NCBI GenBank assembly: GCA_024679065.1
Contig: JAGIQG010000002.1
Coordinates: 55,676,001-55,740,000 of the forward strand
Source: Sphyrna mokarran
Lineage: Eukaryota
Length of the DNA stretch: 64,000 bases
Direction of reading: 5' to 3'
The position numbers and the translations under genes are program-made. The first letter of the stretch is position 1. The number at the start of each line of letters is the position of its first letter. Under the pieces are notes generated by a model. The model did no database searches. It was given only the letters and a program-made list of their open reading frames with translations, and was not told the origin of the DNA. This document shows, piece after piece, positions 14,101 through 26,053 of this stretch.

Positions 14101-14583
14101 GGAATGACACAGAATGTGCAAACTCCACACAGACAGTGACCCAAGCTGAGAATTGAACCCAGGTTCCTGGAGCTGTGAAGCAGCAATGCTAACCACTGCA
14201 CTACTGTGCCACCCATATAGTATTTCAGAGGCCTAGACTAGTGATCTGGAGAGGCAAGTTCAAACTTCGCCATTGGTCCAAAGGAATTTAAATTCAATTC
14301 AAACATCCATTGTCAGTAATGGTGAACATGAAACTGCTGGATTATTGCAGGAGTGCATCAGATTCATGACTATCCTTCAGTGGCGAAGTCTGCTATCCTT
14401 AACTGGTCTGATTTTTATGTGATTTCTGACCCATAGCAATGTGGTTGACTCTTACCTGCCCTTTGAAATGGCCTAGCAGGCCATCAATTCTGCTCAAGAA
14501 AGTTGATCCCCACCACCTTCTCAAAGATAATTAGGGATGGTCAATCTATGCTGGCCTTATCTCAGAGATGAATAAAAATAAAT

Positions 14584-14712
14584 GATAAGCAAACAGTGAA
14601 TGCTGGAATCTCTGCTCTAACAAAGGGTCATCTGGACTTGAAACGTTGGCTTTATTCTCTCCCCACAGATGTTGTCAGACTTGCTGAGATTTCCCAGCAT
14701 TTTCTGTTTTCA
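14584..14712 (+). mobile_element. PLE terminus, family B, with a short inverted 5' piece
   Basis: 13-bp TSD aataaaaataaat; decayed core CTAACAA-AGGGTC..GACTT-GAAACGTT; similar termini near 4170-4290 (-), 12000-12130, 26240-26360, 55030-55120, 58100-58220. Confidence 0.65.
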
Positions 14713-17149
14713 AATAAAAATAAATTGTGCCCAGAGAGTCAAAAATGATATTCTGTCCCAGCATTCAGTGATTTAGATGGTACAAGATGAATGAAGCATG
14801 CCTAGCATCAGAAGATCCCAGATCTCAATACACACACTGCCAAGGACTTGGACAACTATCTCAAATTCTGTTGATCTGCAGGGTGTCAGTTACAGAACTT
14901 TGTACTAAACAGACCTACAAGCAAATTGTAACACGGCTGGTACTTCCAACCAGGTGGCACAGTAAACAGCTCCAGGGATCCAGGTTTAATTCTGGTCTTG
15001 AGTGACTATGTGGAGTTTGCATGTTCTTGAAGTGTCTCTGTGTGGGTTTTCTCTGGATGCTCCAGTTTCTTCCCACATTAAAAAGATGTATGGGTTAAGT
15101 TGATTGGCCATCTAAATTGCCCCTTGGTGTCCCAAGATGTGTAGATTAGATGGATTAGCATTGGAAAAGTGTTGTGGATATAGGGTAGAGCAAAGGGCCT
15201 GGATTAGGTGTTCTGTCAGAAAGTCAATATACAGACTCACGGGGCTGAATGACTCCTTTTGCTCTGTAAGGATTCCATGGTCAGTTGTGATGCTTATGAC
15301 TCATATCCACTTAGCACTGCAATATTGGTGAATATGCTGCTCACAGAACAAATAGGTGCCTTATTCATTGGTCTGCACTGACCTTCACTTACACATCCTT
15401 TTCCACAGCATGGAATGACACATCTGTCAAATGTCACCACAACTACTTCATTTCCTAGGGGGAAAAGAGGTTAATCATGGCAGCTGTATTCTACATGATC
15501 TGAAAGCTATCTTGGATGTGTTATAGTGAAGCCCTTGGAAGATTTGCAGTTGTAAGTTGCAGCTGGAATGCATGCCACTGCTGAAAAATGGTGTGCATGA
15601 AATAAAAAAGGACTGTTTAATTATAGCGAGATTATATTGTGGGTTAAAGATAACGTTTTGTTGCAGTTAATCATTCATCTCCAGTCTCACTACATGGTAA
15701 TGTTAATGTCTCGCTATGTCAGGTTCTATTTTTTAAATATATTGGCTTCTCCCTGGTCCTGTAGCCATTGTGCACTTTGTTCAGCCTATTGTACGCTTAC
15801 CGATATACTGGCCTGTTGTCTTATCGGGATGATATCCTAAAATGACTTTCTCGCATTCTCCACTTTACCTGCTGTCCAACTGGGAGTTAAGAGTTAGTGC
15901 TGCTCCACCTCTTGCCATTAGATGATCAACACTAGTTCACCTTTCTCTCCCGTGATACTGTTTTGTCTCCCCAGATGCAGGATTTGAAAAAGCAGACTAC
16001 TGTTAAGAAAAAGAGAACGTGAAGCAACGTTTTTTTCAAAAAAATTCTGCATCCCTTCATTGTTTTCCTAATAGTTCCTAAGGGTTACTGGGTTGTATTT
16101 CATTATCTGAGCACCTACAATGATGTACTCTGTGATTCCAAAGTTAAACACTGCAGGCACGTGGAATTTATTGAAATGACCTGACCTTGTATTATATCAC
16201 AAAGTCAGTTGTTTACCCTGCAGTTGTAACTAATGACCTCAGCCCTACTGGTACCTTGTTATTGACTCATTGTGCCAAGAGTATCCAGATTTGTTTGACC
16301 TGCTGCTGAGAAATGATAGAGCAAGCTTTCATCTATAAATAAGGGCCTGATTCAAGCCTTAGTTTTGATTTTTCAGTTAGTAAGTTCAAGGTCATTTTGA
16401 GGTGTTTCCATGTTCAAGCCATAACAAACCCTATCCTCATTCTTTCGCTGTCTGTTATACTGCTTTAACAAGACGTGATGTCACATCACAACTGAACCAC
16501 ATCGTAAATTGTACTGTTGATCTAGCAACTCCATTCTGAGAAAAGATTGGCAAAGTAAGACCCGAGTAGCAATTGTTCCCTGGAATGAACCTTGCTGAGA
16601 ACTTGTATAATGTGTGCATACAAAACTGTTAGTACTAGCTTCACTTTCCATAAAGTATGTATTGGGTTGAGTACAATATTGACTATCTGGTGTGTTGAGC
16701 CTAGTGTGCGTTGTATATTACCATAACCATAGAATCCTCACTATGCAGAAGGAGGCCATTTGGCCCATTGAACCCACAACGACAACAATTCCACACAGGC
16801 CCTATCCCCATAACGCCACATATTTGCCCTGCTAATCCTCCTGACACTAACGGACAATTTAGCATGGCCAGTCCACCTGACCTGCACATCTTTGGACTGT
16901 TTGGGTACACTGAGGGAGAATTTAGTGTGGCCAGTACATCTAATCAGCATGTCTTTCAGACTGTGGGAGGAAATCAGAGTGCCTAGAGGAAACCCATGCA
17001 GACGTGGGGAGAATATGCAAACTCCACACAGGCAGTGACCCTTGTCTAGGGATCAAAACCGGGTCCCTAGCATTGAGAGCAGCAGTGCCATCGTGTCATT
17101 CTTTATAATAATGTTATATATCTTGGAGAAACTATCATATTGGACATTG

Positions 17150-18120
17150 AGTAGAGGATGTCAAAATTTGCAGATGACACTAAGGTAAATTATTATGTCA
17201 AAATTCACAGATGACACTAAGATGAGAGGCAGAGCAAAGATTGCAGAGAATGCTGAAAGGCTGCAAACAGATATAGATAGTCTGAATGGACAAGGGTCTG
17301 GCATTAGAATACAATGTTGGTAAATGTGAGATCATCCATTTTGGAGGAAGAATAGCAAAATAGACTATTATTTAAATAGTAAGAAATTTCAGCATGCCGA
17401 AATGCAAAGGGACCTGGGTATCCTTGTGCATGAATTACAAAAAGTTGTTTTGCAGGTGCAGCAAGTAATTAAGAAGGCAAATGGAATTTTGTCCTTCATT
17501 GCTGGAAGGATGGAATTTAAAAACAGCAAGGGTATGTTGCAGCTGTGTAAGGTATTGGTGAGGCCACACCTGGAATACTGTGTACAATTTTGGTCTCCTT
17601 TCTTGAGAAAGGATATGCTGGCACTGGAGGGGGTGCAGAGGGGATCAACAAAGTTGATTCCAGAGTTGAAAGGGTTGGCTTGTGAGAAGAGACTAAGTAG
17701 ATTAGGGCTATACTCGTTGGAATTCAGAAGAATGAGGGGAGATCTTATAGAAACGTATAAGATTATGAAGGGAATAAATAAGATAGGAGGGAGGTTGTTT
17801 CTACTTGCAGGTGAAACTAGAACTAGGGGGCATGGCCTCAAAATAAGGGGGAGCAGGTTTAGGACTGAGTTGAGGAGAAACTTCTTCACTGAAAGGGTTA
17901 TGAATTTGTGAAATTCCCTGCCCAGTGAAGTAGTTGAGGATATCTCATTGAATGTTTTTAAGGCAAAGGTAGATAAATTTTTGAACGATAATTAAGGGTT
18001 ATGGTGAATGAGCGGGTAAGTGGAGATGGGTCTACGAAAAGATCAGCCATGATCTTATTGAATGGCGGAGCAGGCTCAAGGGGCCAGATGGGCTACTCCT
18101 GCTACTAGTTACTATGATCT
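17150..18120 (+). mobile_element. CR1 LINE 3' fragment
   Basis: KFADDTK...QRDLGILVH...[15 protein letters not shown]...RGDLIETYK...RTRGH; CR1 tail. Confidence 0.92.
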
Positions 18121-18399
18121 TTTCCTGTTCAATGAGATTTGCTCTCGGCCACTTCTGCACATTTCTGAGCTATTCCATAAAAAGCTGCAAGCAGTGATTC
18201 AGGTATTAAACTCTGCCTATTGACTTAAATTAACTAACTTTGCCTTGTCGAAGTTCAGCTATTAAAGGAATACTTTGTCATGGTACATAAGGCGGAAGAT
18301 GAAGATATTACCAATTTCAGGGTCAATATATCCCCAATGTCCTTAAATATCCTAAAAAAAACATTTAAGGGAGGTATCCAATCACTGTTTAGACTGGTA

Positions 18400-19030
18400 T
18401 TTATTGCTCATACCTAAGTGCCTTTCAGAAGATGCTGGTGAGATGCTTTCTTGAACTGCTGCTGTCCCTGAGGTGAAAGTACACCCAGTATTTTACTGGA
18501 GGGAGTTCCAGGATTTTGACCCAACAACATGAAGAAATGGTGATAAACTTCTAAGTCAGGATAGTGGTGTCTTAGAGAGGAACCTTCAGGTGGTGGTGTT
18601 CCCAGATATTTGCTGCACTTGTCCTTTCAGATAATAGTGTTCGTGGATTTGGAATGTGCTGCATAAGGAACTTTGATGGTGCACGCACTGCCATTGTTCA
18701 CAGGTATTGGAGAGATTAAATATTTGTGGAAAGGATACAGTCAAGTGGGCTGCTTTGTACTGGGTGATGTTGAGCTTCTTGAGGCTCTGCAACTGGAGAG
18801 TGTTCCATTACACTCCTGATTCGTGCCTTGTACATGATGGACAGACTTTGGGAAGTCAGGAGATGAGTTACTTACCGCAGGATTCCTAGCCTTTGATCTA
18901 GCCATAGTGTTTATATGGCTAGTCCAGTTCAGTTTCTGGTCAATGGTAACTTCCAGGATATTGATAGTGAGGAATTCAGTGATGGCAATGCCATTGCATG
19001 TCAAAGGATGATTGTTAGATTCTGTCTTAT
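18400..19030 (-). mobile_element. CR1/L2-group LINE 3' fragment of a different family; other pieces at ~30420-30800(+) and ~52890-53235(+)
   Basis: INILEVTIDQKLNWTSHINT; at 30680-30800 WN...VPTPHGLQ followed by a tail shared with the tRNA-SINE family listed below. Confidence 0.65.
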
Positions 19031-20304
19031 TGGTAGATGTCATTGTTGTTGTGTGTTGCTGTGCCATCTTTTCAATCTTTCCCTTCACCTCCAAGATACA
19101 CTAAGGATTGGATGAGATTCAGTATAATTTTCTGAATATCTATTAGCATCGATCCACACCCGCATACATTCGGAAAATTAGACCTTTGTTCCCTTAAATA
19201 TCAATTTAACTTCAACCTTACAACAGGATTTCTGATTATTTGTATCTTTTCTATATAAATATGAGATTTTGTATACTTTTAAGCATGTGGAATACAACAA
19301 AATAAATTTCTAAGCTGCCTTTCCAAAATACATTTACGTTCTGATAAGAATCTTATCTCTTTCGGTGCCACTAAAATACATGGATAAAGTAAATATCCTG
19401 TTCAGAGAGAAACTTGTTTGGCTGTTATTGGCATTTGTTGTCAGTCATTGTGAGTTTTTTTGTTTTACTTGAAGCTAAGTTTAAAAATGGAAAAAATAAT
19501 GTTTTATATGGATACAATGAGTCCGCAATGTAATTTATTTGAGATGACACTGGAAATTAGTACATACTTTCTTTGTCATGTTCTCAAATAAAGTTTGTTT
19601 TTAGACATAAGGAACTATTTATAACATTTGTCTTTCCAAAAGAATATCTGCCAGTATCTAGTGTCAGTGCTGATAGGATTTCTAAGCCATGGTAAAATTT
19701 AAGTTGATGCCATAGTTAGAGTGCATTGTTAAATCACAATGAACATGTATAGTTAAGAGGAAGTCATTCCCTTCAGTCCAGGTGGTGTCAGTCAAACCAG
19801 TCTGTAACTAGTTTCCACCTACTAATTTCCAAAACTTTACAGTTTAAAGTGGCTGAGCAGAGTACATTTCAGGGAAAAATAAAGATGGGAATATTTTAAT
19901 TCAGCTTTGTTGGCAAGGACAATAATGCTTCCAAATCCTCCTGTCAAGATGCACAATAAATAAGGTAACAACAATTGTATGAAAGCTAGTTATTGCACGA
20001 CCAGGAATGAGATTTTACTGAGAGTTGTGTTCTGTGAATGGAAGCAGCTGCCAAATGAGGCTGGTGAAAATTACATTCTGGAATGAAAGAAATTCTCTCA
20101 TAACTGTGGCACGACTAAATGTGGAGGGCTAAAGAGCAACAAAATCCAAGCCAAGCTTTTGAGCAGAAGCAATAAGCTGACATGGAAGGAGGTCTGCAAT
20201 GAGGCTGTAACCTTGGGAATGGCACAAAGAAATGGTCACAAATTGCAAGGAAGTTCTTTTGCTTCAGTGAGATGCAGGCCATAGTAACCAGGTTTACAGT
20301 CTCA

Positions 20305-21110
20305 GACCATGATTATTCCATATTGGGACTAAGTGCCAATGCCGCTGGGAAAGATTTCCTGCTGATGATAGATGGGATTCTCCTGCCTGTTAGATGTTAA
20401 ATGATATATCATGGAAAACCGCCAGCCAGTCCCACTGCTGAGAGACTGGATCGCCATTTTTAAAATGGTGTCCGATCTCCTTGATCGTTTACTGGTGCCC
20501 CCTCCCCCTCCCAAAAAAATGAAATGGTGACCCCTCCCACCCCACTGATCAGGAAAGCACCACCAACTCCTCACCAAAAATGGTGGGTTGGGAGGTGGGG
20601 GGGCAGTCAGCACAACACCCCTCCTCCAGACTCCCACTCAGGCTCCCCTCCCCTTCCTTTCAGATGCCCCTTCTTAAATGTTCTTCAGGTCTTTGGTGCT
20701 GAGGGGACATGAGGTAGATAAAGCAGCCATTTGTCCTATGGCTTCTGTCAGGCTGCAGAGGACAGGTCCCTCAATGGATAGGCTTGGGTTGATCTTAGCC
20801 CTTTGCTGGATGAGGGTGTCTTAGCTAACTGCATTCTGGCCTTGACAGATCTGAAGCCCTATAGCCCTGTGATCAGTATCTGCTTTCCTGCTCAGCTGTG
20901 AAAATTCTGAAGTGGTTGGTTTAATTTCGATGTCCCCCAGCAGGATTTTAAATCATTGCAGCACTCATTCTGCAGCGGAGATGTTCTTTTTTTCCCTGCC
21001 GGATGCCTCAGGTGTGAGCAAACCCCTTTTGAAGCCCTCAAGTGGGGGGACGCAGGGTGGTTCCAGTTTGCCCAGCTGGGCACAGAGCTCCAATGTACGC
21101 ACACAGCTGT
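20305..21110. mobile_element. GC-rich dispersed-repeat relic, probably from a non-autonomous DNA transposon; similar GC-rich blocks at ~35125-35730, 51570-52130, 57790-58080
   Basis: Abrupt GC rise with C/G runs and no coherent ORF; family not identified. Confidence 0.35.
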
Positions 21111-21209
21111 AATTTGAAGTTTCTGAGGCTTCCCATCAAGCTGAAATCATTGAAACGCTCTCTATTGTACTTGAAGCCTTCGATCTAAAGTAAAGTTTAG
21201 TTATTAGTA

Positions 21210-22232
21210 CAGAGTAGCCCCATTATATAACGTGATGGTTGGTATCCATAAAATGTTTTCACGGGGGTGTGCTAAATAAGGGTTCAAGAAAATCAGTATT
21301 CAAAGGATTAGAATTAAATTGGTGTTAAATTTGGTGGTTGTTAGTCTATGCAGTCATTGCAAAACAGCTTCATTGTTCAAATTCTGTCACTAATGCTGAG
21401 TCCACCTGACAAACAATTTAGAGACATCCACATCAATGGACATGCACCGGACACTATCCAGTTCTGATTATGTTACACATTATGTTACATTATGTTAGAC
21501 TAATTAGGATCTTGCTAATAGCTAAATATTGGGCAGTGTGGACAAAATTCTGAACACAAGACGTAGGAGCATCTTATAGGAGTTACCAGCACCTGGAAGA
21601 ACATGTAAGGCAAACCATACAAGAGTATCCTGGTGCTTCATGTCATTAGTGTACGCTTGACCTGGACCATCTGAGGGCAACATGACAGCTCAGTGACTAT
21701 CGCTGTGCTGTGCAGATACATGGATTTGGGCCTGTGTCTGTGGGAGTTTGCGCATTCTCCCTGTGTTTGCATGGGTTTTCTCCGGGTGCTCTGGTTTCCT
21801 CCCACATCCCAAAGATGTGCTCTTAGTCTAATTGGCAAAACAAATTCTCCCTAAATTGTCTCAAATTTGGTTTTTAATCAATAGATCTATAAACATTGAC
21901 AGGGATCATGGGTAGAGGAAGGAACATCGGGGTGGCGGGGTGGGCTCATTGGGCCGAAGGGCCTGTTTCCTGTGCTGTTTTGTTCTTTGTACAGAAATTT
22001 GCAATATAAAAAGGCACATAATCTACATCTGTTCTTATTGACTTTTCACCAAGTAGCTGTTCATTTTATCAGGTCTTTTATACCGCTGAAGAACTTCCTG
22101 ACCTGCCAACCTTTAAGCTTTTTGCCTTAGAATTTAGCACTTCAGATTCTCAAACATTTTTGATAAGTGCGGGTCCAATGATTATATATGAATTCACGCT
22201 AAATCGGGGCATGTAATATCAGGGTTTCACTG
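21210..22232. mobile_element. Tc1/mariner (Tigger/pogo-like) non-autonomous DNA transposon
   Basis: TA|CAG...CTG|TA ends with imperfect TIRs (cagagtagcccc / gggtttcactg); interrupts a SINE tail that resumes after the TA. Confidence 0.65.
21621..21990 (+). mobile_element. 5'-truncated copy of the CR1/V-SINE chimeric 3' end
   Basis: Matches 42901-43270, including ~55 nt upstream of the SINE head. Confidence 0.9.
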
Positions 22233-22929
22233 TACAAGTAAGGCTTACGTTAACATTGCAATGAAGTTACGTGAAATTCTCCTAGTTGCCACACTCTGGC
22301 GCCTATTTGGGTCAGTGCACCTAACTAGCATGTCTTTCAGACTATGGAAGGAAATGATCTGTAATAAATTCAATGTACAGTGCCTTGTAAAAGATTAAGC
22401 TCCCAGCTCAATGGATTTCTGTCATCCTCCAACATTTATTTATTTTTATTTCCCTTCATGGTTGATCCTGACCACAATGTTGACAATATCTAAGCCTGGT
22501 TGACAGTCTGTGGTTTCATTTCTTCTTTGAAGTAATTTGCACATAACCTTGTGCATTCTTTATTTTCAAATTCCAATTCCCTTTTGATTACCTTAATCGA
22601 ACCAAGGATGGAAGATTGTTCCAGACTCCAACCACTCTGGGTGAAATTCTTTCCTCAAGTCATTTTTACTCTTGAGTCTATGTGCTTTAGTTCTTGATGC
22701 TCTTTTAAATGGAAACAGTTTCTCAATATTTATCTCTCAGGATCTTAAATAATACTAGGAAGTCTCCTCTCAGCTGCCTTTTCTGAAGGAGTATAGTTCC
22801 AATCTCTCCAATCTATCGTCACAGCTGAAGTTGTTTATCCCAAGAATCGTTCTTGAGAATCTCCTCTGTATTCTGGCCAATGCCTTTACATCTTTTCTCA
22901 AGTATGGTGTCCAGAACTGGATATTGAAA

Positions 22930-23400
22930 AGAGTTGATGAAAAGTTATGTAATGTTCCTCAAAAACAAGTTTCATTTCATTGTGTGGCTAAATATCAGTA
23001 AATTTTGGAAATGTCTTTGAAGTGCTGTACCTTGTTTTGGTCCCTAGCCATAGCAAATGAATAAATGTTGAGTCTGTGCTCAGTATCATGAGTGCCAAAA
23101 TTATTGAGGTTGTTAGGAGTTGATTTGCATTTATGGGTTGTTTGAGGTCAGACAATAGTTCACAGTTTATATCAAAAGAGTTTGAAATATTTCTGCACAA
23201 AAATGGAGACAAACACACTGATACCACCATATTACCCAGCATTAAATGGTGTTGCAGAAGGAAATATACAACGTGGAATGGATTTTGCAGAGATAATTGC
23301 TAGGTAACAAGTTGCACAGTAACTTCAGTTTTCTGTTCTCTTGTAGAATAAATCCCACAGTCAACAACAGGTTGCTCAAGTTATGAGTTGGTGTTTAACC
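22930..23400 (+). mobile_element. Degenerate Gypsy/Ty3 integrase fragment
   Basis: YLVLVPSHSK*...SAKIIEVVRS*FA...SDNSSQFISKEFEIFLHKNG...PPYYPALNGVAE, a decayed rve core. Confidence 0.75.
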
Positions 23401-23489
23401 ACACTGGTAGTATAATACTCAAAGAACAATGAAAAATACAGCGCAGAAACAGGCCCTGCGGCCCTTCAAGCCCATGCTGATCATTATCC

Positions 23490-24554
23490 TAGAGTATTGT
23501 GTGCAGCTTTGATCTCCTTTTCTGAGGAACAATGTTTTTGCTCTTGCAGTGAAGGTTTACCAAGCTGATTCTGGGACTGATGTCTGAGGAGAGATTGACG
23601 AGGTTAGGATTGTTCTCGCTGGAGTTCAAATAAATGAGGAGAATCTCATAGAGACTTATAAAACTCTAACAGGACTGGACAGGGAGGATGTTCTCGATAG
23701 TAGGGAAGTCCAAAACCAGAGGTCACAGTCTGAGGATTCAGGATAGATCATTTAGGATGGAGATGAGGAGACATCTCTTCACCAAAGAGTGGTGAGGCTG
23801 TGCAATTCATTACACAGGAAGTAGTTGATACCAAAACATTGAATATATTCAAGAGGTGACTGGCTAAAGGACTTGGAGCAAATGGGATCAAAGGTTATGG
23901 GGAGAAAGCTGGATTAGGTTATTGAGTTGGATGATCAGCCATGATCGTGGTGAATGGTGGAGCAGACTCAAAGGACTAAATGGCAGATGGAATTCAATCC
24001 TGATAAATGCAAGGTGATGCATTTTGGGTGAAAGAATGTAGGGGGGAGATATGTGATAAAGGGTAGACCTATTAAGAGTATAGAAACGCAGAGGGACCTG
24101 GGGGTGCAGGTGCACAAGTCGCTGAAGGTGGCAGAGCAGGTGGAGAAGGTTGTGAAGAAAGCATATGGTATGCTAGCCTTTATAGGAAGGGGTATAGAGT
24201 ACAAGAGCTGGCCTTTAATGTTGCAGTTGTATAAAACGTTGGTTAGACCTCATTTGGAATACTGCGTCCAGTTCTGGTCGCCTTACTACTGGAAGGATGT
24301 GGAGACTCTGGAGAGAGTGCAGAGGAGGTTTACCAGGATGCTGCCTGGTATGGAAGATCTGAGTTACGAGGAGAGGTTAGGCAAATTGGGGCTGTTTTCG
24401 TCAGAAAGACGTAGACTTAGAGATCTAATAGAGGTGTACAAGATTGAGGGGTATAGATAGAGTAAACAGGATTAAGCTTTTTCCTAGGATGGACTCAAAT
24501 AGCACAAGAGGTCACGGGCTTAGGGTGAAGGGGGTAAGGTATAATTTGGATGCT
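23490..24554 (+). mobile_element. Two fused CR1 fragments (23490-~23977 with tail; ~23977-24554 from the same subfamily as 40812-43277)
   Basis: ORF 24053-24460 [15 protein letters not shown]; second part near-identical to 42267-42591. Confidence 0.9.
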
Positions 24555-24908
24555 AACTAGTTCTAACTAAAAAAAGCTTTCTGTCCATATTTAATTTGTT
24601 TAAGCCTGACATCAATAGCAATGCAAGTGAAAATGAGTCATGACGCATGAAACTTTGGCAGTTCAGTGCTGCCCAGTAGGTCATGGTGAAAGACCACTGA
24701 GGTAATAAAGAAAAGTATGTATTTGGAGTTGTTGTAAAGAGGCTGAGTGCATTCACATATCGAATGAAGATTGGAGACATTCTCTTGTCAATTTTGTGTA
24801 GGTCATTGGCTTGAAGGAAATCTGATAAACTTTCTAAAGTCCAAATTCCTCCTGCAGTCCCAAGTCAAAGTCACAAAAAAAAAGAGTTTTCTGGCATCAC
24901 AAAATCCA

Positions 24909-25125
24909 GTAAAGTTTTACAACACCAATTTTAAATCCAACCAATTTATTTGATAGTAAATCCGCGAGCTTTCGACTTTACAGGCTTCGTCAGGCCACTG
25001 CATTTGCCTGACGAAGGCTGTAAAGTCGAAAGCTCGCAGATTTATTATCAAATAAATTGGTTGGATTTAAAATTGGTGTTGTAAAACTTTACTGAGTTTA
25101 CCCCAGTCCAACGTCAGCATCTCTA
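24909..25125 (+). mobile_element. Penelope-like element 3' end inserted as a fold-back (family A)
   Basis: ~88-bp inverted arms (24907-24995 / 25006-25094); flanking 14-bp direct repeat catcacaaaatcca (24895-24908, 25126-25139); hammerhead core. Confidence 0.8.
25002..25041 (+). ncRNA. Minimal type-I hammerhead ribozyme motif (PLE-associated)
   Basis: AUUUGC-CUGACGA-A-GGCU(GUAA)AGUC-GAA-AGCU-C-GCAGAU: complete core, 6-bp helix I, 4-bp helix II with GNRA loop, palindromic mini helix III. Confidence 0.8.
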
Positions 25126-25926
25126 CATCACAAAATCCACCAGTGGAGCAACATGAGCCGGAAACTTTGATTACACGAAATCAATCAGTGCCATAGTCCC
25201 AATCATTAAGTGGAATTGGTAGTCAAAGTTCAGATTTAATTTTGTCAGTGATGTTGAGAGTCAGAGTCAAGCTCATAGAAATGGAAGGAGAGAGCCAAAT
25301 TGAGAGAGAAAACAAACAGGTTCAGAGAAAGTAATGTAGGAAGGAAAAAAAAGGAGATGGTTCTTTTCTTAAATTATATTTATTAAGGAAAAACCTTTTT
25401 TAGGGAGTGGGATAGCTTGATCTTGGGTTCAGACATAGCTTGGCACAACATCAAGGGCCGAAGGGACATTACTGTACTATACTGTTCTATATAAATATAA
25501 ACTCAGCAGGAAATACTGGTCATATATACTTGTGATTACAATGACCAATTTGCAACCCAGCCTGTTAAATTTTCAAGTATTGTTGATGTTGGTTTGGTCA
25601 TATTGTTTCTGGGAAATTCTATGCATTTTACATTTTAATGTGCAGATTGCCCTTTTAAGTGGGGAGGTTGTGTACAATATAATAGCTGAGCATTTTGTTA
25701 CACTGTCTTCTCTGTTGTGGATGTAAAATTAAAAGTTATTCAATAATAGCTGCATGCAGTTGAGCATCTGTTAGTTTTACTTGACGTAACACACAACAGC
25801 TTGTGCTATAGAAAATTATTCTAAATGAACTTTAAATGTTGCAGTTACCATTTATTATTGTGTTTGCTAATTCAGGTAAGTCTCATGACCACTGCCTAAT
25901 GGTTCAGTATTTTGTTTCCACCCCAG

Positions 25927-26053
25927 CCACAAAATATTCTTCTGACAAGTGAATCGCCGCTGGGGGATATTAAGATAGTTGACTTTGGTCTTTCAAGAAG
26001 AGTCAATAATAATGAAGAGCTAAGAGAAATTATGGGGACACCCGAATACGTAG
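25927..26053 (+). CDS. STK17A: STK17A coding exon (DFG and activation loop)
   Basis: ccccag| ... |gtgagt; 127 nt, [42 protein letters not shown]; in phase with the previous exon. Confidence 0.97.

Noticed and set aside
24955-25000. Second hammerhead on the minus strand (left arm of the fold-back)
   Set aside because: Core is present, but helix II has a C-U mismatch and helix I is cut to 2 bp by the inversion junction; unlikely to be active
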